This document shows positions 9,215 to 17,602 of a stretch of DNA of 51,939 nt, one piece after another (within the stretch, counting starts at the first letter, position 1; each line of letters begins with the position of its first letter). The position numbers and the translations under genes are program-made. Source of the stretch: Euryarchaeota archaeon UBA91 (GTDB lineage Archaea > Thermoplasmatota > Poseidoniia > Poseidoniales > Poseidoniaceae). Under the pieces are notes generated by a model, which saw only the letters and a program-made list of their open reading frames with translations, was not told the origin of the DNA and did not search any database. The stretch lies in the NCBI GenBank assembly GCA_002499705.1, contig DAMU01000056.1, forward strand, positions 1 through 51,939, given 5' to 3'.

Positions 9215-10263
9215 TGTCATGGTCGATTACTTGGTCTTGGCAGGCCCCTCGGCGTATTGCTGCCCTTGCTCCTGTCGAAGGAGGTATGGTCGTAAGCAGT
9301 GGGCTGGATTTACTGATGATTGAAGCTGATGGAAGTATACGCTGGAAGGTTGAATTACCGTTCAAAGCACACTGCGCTCAAGCCAATAACGGCGTATTAG
9401 GCATTCTCGCGGCTCACGGCTTCTACGTTCTATCGACCTTAGACGGGACAATGTTACACGAAGGTCGTTCGACAACAGGCGGCTTTACTGAGATTCTAGC
9501 ACGCCCTGGAGGCGGTTGGATACTCTCTGGGCGCCAAGGACACCTTCACTTGTTTACACACGAAGGAACAGGCCTTCGTAGGCTCGACAGCGGAAAAGTG
9601 CGACGTTTGCTTGGTTGGCTTGACCGTGAGCACATGATGTGGCAAGATTCAGACGGCAAACTTTGGTGTGCTCGACTTGCACAAAGCGATCAAAAGCGAA
9701 TCTTAGAAGACCGCGTTTGGAGTTGGGTCACACCTTTGATGAATGGACGGATCCTCATGCAGTCAAGTGATGGCGGAATTTGGGAGGGGGTTCCTCATCC
9801 ATTTGGGTGGGATTCTCTGGAGCGAATCGAATACGAATCACTTGAACCAATGGAAGGTGTTCGAAGTGCCGATGGCTGGTGGGTTTTGGGTATTGAAGGC
9901 CACTTACACCACCTTTCTGCTCACGCAGAAAACGAAACGCCAACTCTGTTAGGTGAATCGATGAATCTCGGCGACTTGCTGATTGGTTTGACACCGGACA
10001 CGATGGTTACGGCAACTCGAGAAGGATTGATTCGCCGCTGGTCTGCTCCTCATCTGGCTCAAGCCGAACGTCAAGGACGCTACCAGGCGGCTGCAGAAGC
10101 AGCATTAGCGAAGAATTGGGAAGAGCGAAAGGCCTTGTTTATGCGTGCACAAACCGCTGAAGATGAGGGACGATTGTCCAGAGCAGTGGAACTGTATGGC
10201 GCACTTGGACGCTCTGAAGATGTCCGTCGTCTGTTGAAGCGCCAAAAGGAGGGAGGCGAGTGA
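9214..10263 (+). CDS. Seven-bladed beta-propeller protein (PQQ/WD-like repeats) with a helical TPR-like tail
   Basis: The ATG overlaps the upstream stop (TGATG) and is preceded by GGAGGTGA. Seven [DEQ]G-x-[ILM] motifs occur at residues 39, 77, 108, 147, 186, 228 and 270: DGSIRW, DGTMLH, QGHLHL, DGKLWC, DGGIWE, EGHLHH, EGLIRR. Their spacing is 31-42 aa. The C-terminal region is A/E/R-rich and helical. Confidence 0.5.
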   Translation: MSWSITWSWQAPRRIAALAPVEGGMVVSSGLDLLMIEADGSIRWKVELPFKAHCAQANNGVLGILAAHGFYVLSTLDGTMLHEGRSTTGGFTEILARPGGGWILSGRQGHLHLFTHEGTGLRRLDSGKVRRLLGWLDREHMMWQDSDGKLWCARLAQSDQKRILEDRVWSWVTPLMNGRILMQSSDGGIWEGVPHPFGWDSLERIEYESLEPMEGVRSADGWWVLGIEGHLHHLSAHAENETPTLLGESMNLGDLLIGLTPDTMVTATREGLIRRWSAPHLAQAERQGRYQAAAEAALAKNWEERKALFMRAQTAEDEGRLSRAVELYGALGRSEDVRRLLKRQKEGGE

Positions 10264-10559
10264 GTGACGAGTTGGAGCACGTTACCCGTGAAAGGGTTGA
10301 GAAATACTTGGACATCACTCGAAGGGCCCGTGAAAAGGCTACTCCATTAGCCAAAGATGGTTCTGAACAAGCACAACACTTGGCAACAATGATGCGAATG
10401 GCAGATGATTACGCTTCTGACGCTGCCCATTTTCTCTCAATCGGTGACCATGTTCGAGCTTTTGGCGCCATCAACTATGCACATGCATGGATTGATGCAG
10501 GTGTAAAAATTGGTCTTTTAGATGGGCACGGTGATGATGTTCTGTTCACACTCCCATGA
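10260..10559 (+). CDS. Small helical protein, DUF357-like
   Basis: The GTG start overlaps the upstream stop (GTGA), with AAGGAGGGAGG upstream. GDHVRAFGAINYAHAWIDAGVKIGLL resembles the conserved core of archaeal DUF357 proteins. This is recalled from memory, not searched. Confidence 0.45.
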   Translation: MSDELEHVTRERVEKYLDITRRAREKATPLAKDGSEQAQHLATMMRMADDYASDAAHFLSIGDHVRAFGAINYAHAWIDAGVKIGLLDGHGDDVLFTLP

Positions 10560-10582
10560 AAAGAGCATCTATGGCAATCATT

Positions 10583-10966
10583 CTATAGAGGTTCAACAAG
10601 TTCGAGTCGTTGATTTTTACTCACTTCAAGTATTGGCAAACCCTGCTCGTAGAATCGGCGTTTAAGTTCAACATCGACTGTAAGTACAGGCAGTGAATGC
10701 TCGACTGCTAACTCAAATATTTGGTCGTCCGGATGATCCGAACCAAGAGAAAGTGCTTGAACAGGTTGTGATTTTTGCTCCAGCAGTGATAGCAAGAGGT
10801 TCTTGCTTCTCGGTCGCTGTTGATTGAGTCTTTCTAATTCATCCCGAACACTGTCGAGTAGGAGCATTTGAGCAGGTCCATACACACGTGAAAGTTCAGA
10901 ATCAATGTTCATGCCAGAATCAATGATTGCAACCCATCCACAGGCGTCAATCAGTATCTGTTGCAC
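10583..10966 (-). CDS. PIN-domain nuclease (Fcf1/COG1412-like), linked to aIF2-gamma
   Basis: GTG start preceded by GAGGTGAT. Acidic PIN residues lie in LIDACGW, DSVRDELE, DHPDDQI and LTVDVELKRR. The position immediately upstream of aIF2-gamma matches a widely conserved archaeal neighbourhood. Confidence 0.65.
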   Translation of the reverse strand: MQQILIDACGWVAIIDSGMNIDSELSRVYGPAQMLLLDSVRDELERLNQQRPRSKNLLLSLLEQKSQPVQALSLGSDHPDDQIFELAVEHSLPVLTVDVELKRRFYEQGLPILEVSKNQRLELVEPL

Positions 10967-10992
10967 TTCACATCACCTCAATGGCTCGATGT

Positions 10993-12231
10993 TCACTGAA
11001 TAGTTCCGTAGCCAATGAGTCGCCATCGTGAGCCAACTCGTCGAGAAAGAGAAACCCGCTGGCCAGTGTCAGCACAGATAGGAAGTCGCAAATCGAGAGT
11101 CGCCTTGCCCTTTTCTGAGTTCTTTGTAACGCCAACTGAGGTCGCAGTGGCTACGTTAATCATCAACATCTCGTTATTTCGCAAAGGATAAATTTTCTCA
11201 GGTTCCTCACCTTCTCCAGCAACCATGTTATCCATCAGTTTGACTTCAACAGCAACCGAATGTCTGATTTCGGGCAAATCGCCTTTTCGAGCGACGACTT
11301 GACCTGAGAGATTATCCGCAGTTGTGATTGATGGGTCCAGCATTGTGGCCATTCCACACAATCCGCCGGAATGCATCGAATCAAGGTCTAAGCCACCACC
11401 TTTCATACTGCTAACAGTTGCTTCAATAGGCTCCCATATTGCCTTTGAACCCTTTTCGATTTTTCTTCCGGGGCCAATAATGATTTCATCACCAACATCG
11501 AAGTTCCCTTCAATGATGCTTCCACCAATAACGCCTCCACGTAATTTGGTAGGGCGTGTCCCTGGGCGGTTGATGTCAAAGGAACGAGCGACGTGCATGA
11601 TTGAGCGCTTGTCCTTTGAACGGTCAGGAGTTGGTATTGTCTTCTCAATAGCATCGATAAGGATGTCCAAATTAACATCGTGATGTGCTGAGACTGGAAT
11701 GATAGGCGCATTATCGGCAATTGTTCCCTTGAGGAATGCTTTGATTTCGGCATGGGATTCGAGCGCACGCTCTTTGGTGACCAGATCTATTTTGTTTTGA
11801 ACGATAACAATGTTTTTGATACCAGCAATCTCCAGTGCCATAAGGTGTTCACGGGTTTGGGGCTGCGGGCAAGTTTCGTTTGCTGCTACCATGAGCATAG
11901 CGCCGTCCATAATCGAAGCGCCCGTAATCATGATTGCCATCAGTGTTTCGTGACCTGGAGCATCAACAAAGGAAATGACTCTTTCCAGTTCCTTTGGTTC
12001 GTCGTCTTTGCCGTCAGGATGGCGTCCAGTGGCGTAGTATTGGCCTTTCTTGGTCTTGTAGAAAGCAGTATCAGCGTATCCAAGTTTGATGGATATACCA
12101 CGTTTTCTTTCTTCCGAATGCGTATCGGTCCAAACTCCAGAGAGAGCTTGTGTTAGCGTTGTTTTACCGTGGTCGACGTGACCTACCAGTCCGATGTTGA
12201 TTTCAGGTTGTGCTGGAAGCTTTCGTGCCAT
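10993..12231 (-). CDS. eif2g: Translation initiation factor aIF2 gamma subunit
   Basis: GTPase motifs GHVDHGKTTL, DAPGHE and NKID. The zinc-knuckle region is absent or variant. Domains II/III are typical of aIF2-gamma (412 aa). Confidence 0.95.
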   Translation of the reverse strand: MARKLPAQPEINIGLVGHVDHGKTTLTQALSGVWTDTHSEERKRGISIKLGYADTAFYKTKKGQYYATGRHPDGKDDEPKELERVISFVDAPGHETLMAIMITGASIMDGAMLMVAANETCPQPQTREHLMALEIAGIKNIVIVQNKIDLVTKERALESHAEIKAFLKGTIADNAPIIPVSAHHDVNLDILIDAIEKTIPTPDRSKDKRSIMHVARSFDINRPGTRPTKLRGGVIGGSIIEGNFDVGDEIIIGPGRKIEKGSKAIWEPIEATVSSMKGGGLDLDSMHSGGLCGMATMLDPSITTADNLSGQVVARKGDLPEIRHSVAVEVKLMDNMVAGEGEEPEKIYPLRNNEMLMINVATATSVGVTKNSEKGKATLDLRLPICADTGQRVSLSRRVGSRWRLIGYGTIQ

Positions 12232-12269
12232 GCTTCCTCACTCCCTTGCTACGAAAACCCTCTCGGGAT

Positions 12270-12761
12270 TCACTCCGATGCTTCCTCGCTTCCTGCTGAA
12301 AGGAGGTCGCCGAGAGACTTCTTGCCTGCTTCGATAACCTTGAGATTGATTTGACGTGTGTCTTGACTGATGGTGTTACCACGGAAGTAACGTCGCTTTC
12401 GTAGACCATCAGGCTTGTAACGGAAGCGCTTCTTTTCTCCACCCTTGTTCTTGAACACAAGGCTGTGACCTTTGAATCCGGTCGAACGAGTTACGAGAAT
12501 AGCTTGTCGACGGCCGCCTTCAAGGTCTCGACGAAGAGGTGTTCCTGTTTTGTCAGAGCCACCGGTGATTTGGAGTTTGAATCCGGAGAGTGTTTGTTCA
12601 CCTTCTCCGACAAAGATTCCATCGACGGTATCGCCGATTTTCTTACCCAACAATTGAGCATGATTGTTTCCACTAATTTTGAGTGAATATGACTTACCGC
12701 CGTTTTTTGGGTCGGTATCATTCACTACAGCGACGAATTCTCCTTGTTGTCCAACAGCCAT
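12270..12761 (-). CDS. rps6e: 30S ribosomal protein S6e
   Basis: FVAVVNDTDPKNGGKSYSLKISG...LQITGGSDKTGTPLRRDLEGGRRQAILV...GFKG is S6e-like. The ATG at 12761 is preceded by GAAGTGAT. The ORF track's longer start at 12812 is probably an artefact. Confidence 0.9.
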   Translation of the reverse strand: MAVGQQGEFVAVVNDTDPKNGGKSYSLKISGNNHAQLLGKKIGDTVDGIFVGEGEQTLSGFKLQITGGSDKTGTPLRRDLEGGRRQAILVTRSTGFKGHSLVFKNKGGEKKRFRYKPDGLRKRRYFRGNTISQDTRQINLKVIEAGKKSLGDLLSAGSEEASE

Positions 12762-12837
12762 TATATCACTTCTAGAACGACCTTCCGACCATCGTCGTCT
12801 ATTTAGCCCCACCGTTTGTTCCGAGACGAGAAATCAG

Positions 12838-14073
12838 TCAGCGAAACTTCTTTTTTAGCAGCATTTCAAGTCGACTTGCGAGGTCTTTTGGAAGATAATG
12901 TGGCATACTCAGATGCGTCGTTCTTCCTCTTCCGCCGGTAATTGTAGCGACTCTTGAGGCAATAATTTGGCGTTCTTCAAACTCTTTGAGATATTTCCAA
13001 ACCGTTGTATGGCTCTTCATTTTCTGTTCGTATTCTTCACAGACAACGGCATAAAGTTGTTCGACATCTCCGGTGGTCATCGTTTCCTGTTTTGACAACC
13101 TCCGGCATAAGCAGAGCAACACCAACATCGCGTTTGGGTTGAGGTCATCAATGTGTTCGAGGTTACTTCCTGCTGTTGTTGGAGAGTTTTCCAGCGGAAC
13201 GTGAATATCTTCAACCGTGAGGCGGCGTTCACTGTGGTCATCTTGCCGATATTCGCAACGTTCTACAGCAGCATTGAGTAATTCAATCACTCTTCGTGCA
13301 TCTCCCGTTGGGGCGGCTTTTTCAGCGAGTAGGCGGATAATTTCGGGCGTCCAAGTTCCTGGGACCAAACCATCGATTGCTCGTTGCGTGGCTATGGCTT
13401 CAAGTCCTTCAGTTGTGTAGGGTGGTATCCGAAGATGATTGGTGCTTCCCATTCGAGAGATAACGGCTGTTTCGAGGACATCAAGAACCTGTTCTTGGCT
13501 GACGAGGATAAGCGACAGTGTTCCTTTGCCGCTTTGGTCTTCATCAATACGGAGCAGTTGGTAAAGCAAGTCATCACCCGAACGGCGAAGCATATGATCC
13601 ACTTCGTCAAGAACGACGATGAGGTGAGAGGTTTCCTTTCGTAGAATCCGTCGCAGGCTCATCAACAATTCACCCATCGAGAGTCCTCGGTCTGGATGTC
13701 CCGGAGCCAATTCATGCAAAATACGCTGAACAACTCGCATACTTGTTGAGGCATTTCGACAGTTGACGTGGACTGAACGAATGTTACGCTTCTTTGCCAA
13801 GTGGCGTTCAATGTCGCGGCAGAAGGTTCGTGCAAGCACCGTTTTACCAGAACCCACAGGCCCAGTAATGACGACTCGTCCAGATCCTTCAGGCAAGTGT
13901 AAGGTCGTGAATTTAGCCGCTAATTCGTTTTGTACCTCCTCGCGTCCAACAATTTCCTTTGGGATGTAGTCAAAATTGAACACATCTGGATTTGCAAGAA
14001 CCCAGCCAGCGCCAATTCGGTCGAGGTAGTTACTCATAACATCGGAAGGCTTACGCCAACCGTTATTGAACAT
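12838..14073 (-). CDS. cdc6: Orc1/Cdc6 replication initiator
   Basis: IVGREEVQNEL. Walker A VITGPVGSGKTVLARTF. Walker B LIVVLDEVDHM. Sensor region LSLILVSQE. Arg-finger region and a C-terminal winged helix (TTGDVEQLY...GRGRTTHLSM). An alternative start lies at 14037. Confidence 0.9.
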   Translation of the reverse strand: MFNNGWRKPSDVMSNYLDRIGAGWVLANPDVFNFDYIPKEIVGREEVQNELAAKFTTLHLPEGSGRVVITGPVGSGKTVLARTFCRDIERHLAKKRNIRSVHVNCRNASTSMRVVQRILHELAPGHPDRGLSMGELLMSLRRILRKETSHLIVVLDEVDHMLRRSGDDLLYQLLRIDEDQSGKGTLSLILVSQEQVLDVLETAVISRMGSTNHLRIPPYTTEGLEAIATQRAIDGLVPGTWTPEIIRLLAEKAAPTGDARRVIELLNAAVERCEYRQDDHSERRLTVEDIHVPLENSPTTAGSNLEHIDDLNPNAMLVLLCLCRRLSKQETMTTGDVEQLYAVVCEEYEQKMKSHTTVWKYLKEFEERQIIASRVATITGGRGRTTHLSMPHYLPKDLASRLEMLLKKKFR

Positions 14074-14125
14074 ACGGTTTCATCGAGGTCAAAAAAACCC
14101 CAATTTTGAGGAAACGAAAGTTAAC

Positions 14126-15235
14126 TCAAGGGATTTCATCAAATTGATATCCAGTTTCCCATTTCTTTTCACCAAGAGCGACTTCAAGCTCAAACGGCGT
14201 GATGAGTGGTTTTTGATAGCGAACCGCGTCATCAATAGCAATTCGAGGGCACGCCGTATTGACAAACGCGTCAACGGGGTAGAAGTCAATCAATTCAGGA
14301 CCGACGTGTTCCAATGCGAGCAAGTAGCCTTTTTTGCCATGCTTTTCGAGAATTCTCTTCATTCGTAGTGCGAGACTGCGTCGCATTTGTCCGGGCTTTT
14401 CTCCAATCAGTATGCCAAAGCGTTCTGCTTCGCCGCATGCCATGATCAGGCCAAATCGCTGCCGTAGAATGCGCTCAATACGCTCAAGTGACATCTCTTC
14501 AGCATCTCCTGTATAGGGGTCAAGCATGGCCAGTGGCTTCCCTGTGTGAAGTACTAAGCCAATCGGATGGAAATCACCAGAACCGAGGAATAAGTAGTGG
14601 CCAATAGAGTCATCATCACCAGAATAGTTGCAGCCGAGGACTTGTCCAGGGAACGATAGCCGAGCACCACCAATTGGGATTTCGACTTCATATCCGGCTT
14701 CTTCCAAGCGGTCATGGAATTCAGGGAGAAGGTGGAGGTGCTGAATTGAACCAACTAACCCGAGTTTTGTACCTGTCAAAGGAGCAAGACGACCAACTGC
14801 ATCCATGAATCGGTCCTGCGCTTCTTCTTCTGAAAGGTCTTCAGCAGCCGGTTGATTCTCCATTCTTTGTCGAGCCATTGCTCTGTGTTTTTCTAAGAAA
14901 GGGAGAACCGGTTTCAATTCAGGGTCGCCATCATAGGTAACGTCAATGAATTGTGTCGGCATACCAGAATCGATGTTCATCTGCGAATGACCCATGTGAG
15001 CGACCAATTCGACCCCCATCATTCCCATTTTGTCGTGAACCAAATCACATGCTCCGTAACACGGGTCTGCAGCCAAGATGACTTTTGCACTTGTTTCAGT
15101 TTCAATGGTATCCATCATTTCAAGAGCTTGCATCTTCAATCCTTCAGGGACTTGAAGGGCAACTAAGCGGTTATCATTGGCTTGAATCCGCTCCATTAAC
15201 TCAGTGAGTTGGAAGTCGTGACGGTCTAAGTCCAT
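14126..15235 (-). CDS. dph2: Diphthamide biosynthesis radical-SAM enzyme Dph2 (2-(3-amino-3-carboxypropyl)histidine synthase)
   Basis: LVALQVPEGLK, ADPCYGACDL, AHMGHSQM and LGCNYSG motifs. Starting at MDLDRHDF (15235) gives the N-terminal length typical of archaeal Dph2. The ORF-track start at 15328 overlaps the upstream gene. Confidence 0.85.
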   Translation of the reverse strand: MDLDRHDFQLTELMERIQANDNRLVALQVPEGLKMQALEMMDTIETETSAKVILAADPCYGACDLVHDKMGMMGVELVAHMGHSQMNIDSGMPTQFIDVTYDGDPELKPVLPFLEKHRAMARQRMENQPAAEDLSEEEAQDRFMDAVGRLAPLTGTKLGLVGSIQHLHLLPEFHDRLEEAGYEVEIPIGGARLSFPGQVLGCNYSGDDDSIGHYLFLGSGDFHPIGLVLHTGKPLAMLDPYTGDAEEMSLERIERILRQRFGLIMACGEAERFGILIGEKPGQMRRSLALRMKRILEKHGKKGYLLALEHVGPELIDFYPVDAFVNTACPRIAIDDAVRYQKPLITPFELEVALGEKKWETGYQFDEIP

Positions 15236-15293
15236 GGTAGTCCCCAACTCATGGGGGCACGCCCCCCCCTCATCAATCCACCCTTTGAGAAAT

Positions 15294-15872
15294 CTATGCT
15301 TCATCGAGTAAAATGATGCGGTCGCCATCCATTTCTAAGCGTACAAGTGATTCAATAATGACTCCTGGATACTCGGCTTGTAATTTAACCAATCCCGGTC
15401 CTTTTTCGACCACTGCAATGATGTGAGAGACTTCTGCGCCGGTTCTTCGGACACCCTCAAGGACTGCTTTGAGTGTTCCACCGGTTGAGAGCACATCATC
15501 AACAATCACGACCTTTTCACCGGGTTTGATGTCGTTGAGATACATTTCTCCTTTAGAGTATCCAGTTTCCTGCCCAATCGTAACTTCTCCATCAAGGCCA
15601 TAGGAACGCTTTCGGGCAATGATCAATGGAATTCCAACTCGAACACTCAATGGGGCTGTAAGTGGCAATCCCATCGCTTCTATTCCGAGGATGAGGTCAA
15701 CATCATCCCACTGTATTGCCTTTTCACACAAATCGGTCACGGCTTTGAGAACCAGAGGGTCAAGACGGGGAACACCATCGGTGATTGGATGAATGAAATA
15801 GGGATAATCACCCTTCCATATTACAGGAGCATTACGCAGGCTTTCGCGAAGTCGATGCATAGCATCCGTCAT
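15294..15872 (-). CDS. hpt: Archaeal-type hypoxanthine/guanine (purine) phosphoribosyltransferase
   Basis: The N-terminal APVIWKGDYPYFIHPITDGVP motif is typical of archaeal Hpt. PRPP-binding loop KVVIVDDVLSTGGTLKAV. Confidence 0.7.
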   Translation of the reverse strand: MTDAMHRLRESLRNAPVIWKGDYPYFIHPITDGVPRLDPLVLKAVTDLCEKAIQWDDVDLILGIEAMGLPLTAPLSVRVGIPLIIARKRSYGLDGEVTIGQETGYSKGEMYLNDIKPGEKVVIVDDVLSTGGTLKAVLEGVRRTGAEVSHIIAVVEKGPGLVKLQAEYPGVIIESLVRLEMDGDRIILLDEA

Positions 15873-15908
15873 ACCAAAGCGTCGAGGGTGACGGAGTATG
15901 ACCTTTGC

Positions 15909-16310
15909 TCAAAGTTCAGCAAGGAATTCGACATACTCATCAGGGTCGAGAAGGTTCTCAAGGTCCATTTCATGAGGTTCGATAATGATAATCCATCCAT
16001 GGTCATAAGCAGAATCGTTGACCAAATCAGGGTTGATTTCAACTTCACCGTTGACTTCGGCGATAATACCTGAGTATTGTGAAGGGAAAGCAACTTTTTC
16101 TTGTGCGGTCCAGATCGAGAACATGTCTCGTCCTTCATCTATTTCATATTCCGCTTGAGGGAGGATGACTCGTAATACTTCGCCAATTTCAACAGCAAGG
16201 TATTCACTTACTCCGATCATCAATCGTTCATCTTTCTCTTGATACCACAGGTGGTCACGAGAATATTTTCTGTTATGGGCTACGCTGAATTCTACCACTT
16301 CTTCGTCCAT
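15909..16310 (-). CDS. gcvH: Glycine-cleavage H-protein-like lipoyl carrier
   Basis: 133 aa. YSRDHLWYQ...MIGVSEYLAVEIGEV...YSGIIAEVNGEV...NDSAYDHGWIIIIE follows the GcvH fold pattern. The candidate lipoyl Lys lies in AQEKVAF, with spacing 2 residues shorter than the canonical ESVKA...PVSG. Confidence 0.6.
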   Translation of the reverse strand: MDEEVVEFSVAHNRKYSRDHLWYQEKDERLMIGVSEYLAVEIGEVLRVILPQAEYEIDEGRDMFSIWTAQEKVAFPSQYSGIIAEVNGEVEINPDLVNDSAYDHGWIIIIEPHEMDLENLLDPDEYVEFLAEL

Positions 16311-16431
16311 GGTTTGACTTCCTTAAACCGCCCCAAACACCATTGTATATCAAATTGAGGCAGAATCAACCTCCAACTAAAAACGACAAACGGGTTAAGT
16401 GAGTCGGCGTTTTAGCACCCTTTGGTCGCCT

Positions 16432-17601
16432 ATGGATTACGCCGAAACCGATGAACAGCAAATGATTCGAGAACTCGTCCGCGATTTCGCTGAAAGTGTC
16501 TTGGCACCGACAGTTGAACATCGTGATGAAAACCAGATTGCTCCCTCCGCAGAGTGGGAACAATTCCTCGAATACGGTCTTCAAGGCGTCACGATTCCTG
16601 AACAATATGGAGGTTCTCCAGTCGATGATGTTTCAGAATCGATTATCGTGGAAGAATTAGCCCGAGTTGACCCATCGTTTGCAGTTATGTATTGCGTTCA
16701 TGTAGGGCTGTGTGCCAAAACGATTGCACTGCACGGAAATGAATCGCAAAAAGAACAGTATTTGACGCGTCTCGCAGCTGGCGAAGTTGGCGCTTATTCA
16801 CTCTCTGAAGCCGGAGCCGGAACCGATGCAGCAGCAATGATTTGCAAGGCTAAATTGTCCGAAGATGGCAAGCACTTCCTTCTCAACGGTGAGAAAATGT
16901 GGGTCACGAACGGGGTTCAAGCGAAAATATTGGTCCTGTTTGCAAAGGATGTCGACCATCCTGATTACGGTGTCAAAAAGCACGGTGGATCGACCGCCTT
17001 CATCGTTGACTCCTCCTTCGAAGGCTTTTCAGTTGGCAAGAAAGAAAACAAACTTGGTATTCGTTCTTCAGATACTTGCACGCTCATTCTCAATAATTGT
17101 AAGGTACCCGTCGAGAATGTTCTCAAAGGCGTTGGTAAAGGATTCCCAATCGCCATGAACGCACTTGACAACAGCCGAATTGGAATTGCAGCACAAGCAC
17201 TGGGTATTGCTCAAGGAGCATTTGAAGCAGCTCTCAAATATGCACATGAACGTGAAGCATTCGGCCAAGTTATTGCTCGACATCAAATGATTACTGCATA
17301 CCTTGCAGACATGGCAACACGTATTGATGCGGCCCGATTACTTGTCTACAAAGCCTCTTGGGTCAAGCAGCAACATTACGAACACGCTGGGCCTCGACAT
17401 ACAAAAGAAGCCAGTATGGCTAAGTTGTATGCCGGAGACACTGCAATGTGGGTCTCTGAGCGGGCCATCCAAGTTTTGGGCGGCTATGGTTACACGAAGG
17501 AGTTCCCAGTCGAACGATTCTTCCGTGATGCAAAGATTACTCAAATCTATGAAGGAACACAAGAAGTTCAGCGAATCGTTATCGCTCGAGCGCTCAAGTG
17601 A
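16432..17601 (+). CDS. Acyl-CoA dehydrogenase (short/branched-chain type)
   Basis: GAYSLSEAGAGTDAAAM, WVTNG, and the C-terminal catalytic-Glu motif AKITQIYEGTQEVQRIVIAR. The likely start is MDYAETDEQQ (16432); the ORF track starts at 16399. Confidence 0.9.
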   Translation: MDYAETDEQQMIRELVRDFAESVLAPTVEHRDENQIAPSAEWEQFLEYGLQGVTIPEQYGGSPVDDVSESIIVEELARVDPSFAVMYCVHVGLCAKTIALHGNESQKEQYLTRLAAGEVGAYSLSEAGAGTDAAAMICKAKLSEDGKHFLLNGEKMWVTNGVQAKILVLFAKDVDHPDYGVKKHGGSTAFIVDSSFEGFSVGKKENKLGIRSSDTCTLILNNCKVPVENVLKGVGKGFPIAMNALDNSRIGIAAQALGIAQGAFEAALKYAHEREAFGQVIARHQMITAYLADMATRIDAARLLVYKASWVKQQHYEHAGPRHTKEASMAKLYAGDTAMWVSERAIQVLGGYGYTKEFPVERFFRDAKITQIYEGTQEVQRIVIARALK

Positions 17602-17602
17602 T

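Noticed and set aside
14038-14125. Possible replication origin upstream of orc1/cdc6
   Set aside because: The gap is under 90 bp, with no ORB-type repeats and no extended AT-rich unwinding element. Only a short shared TTTCATC string was seen.
15251-15272. G5-CACG-C5+ hairpin between hpt and dph2
   Set aside because: It is a very short stem in a 58-bp intergenic spacer. It may be incidental or a minor leader structure, and nothing else supports a function.
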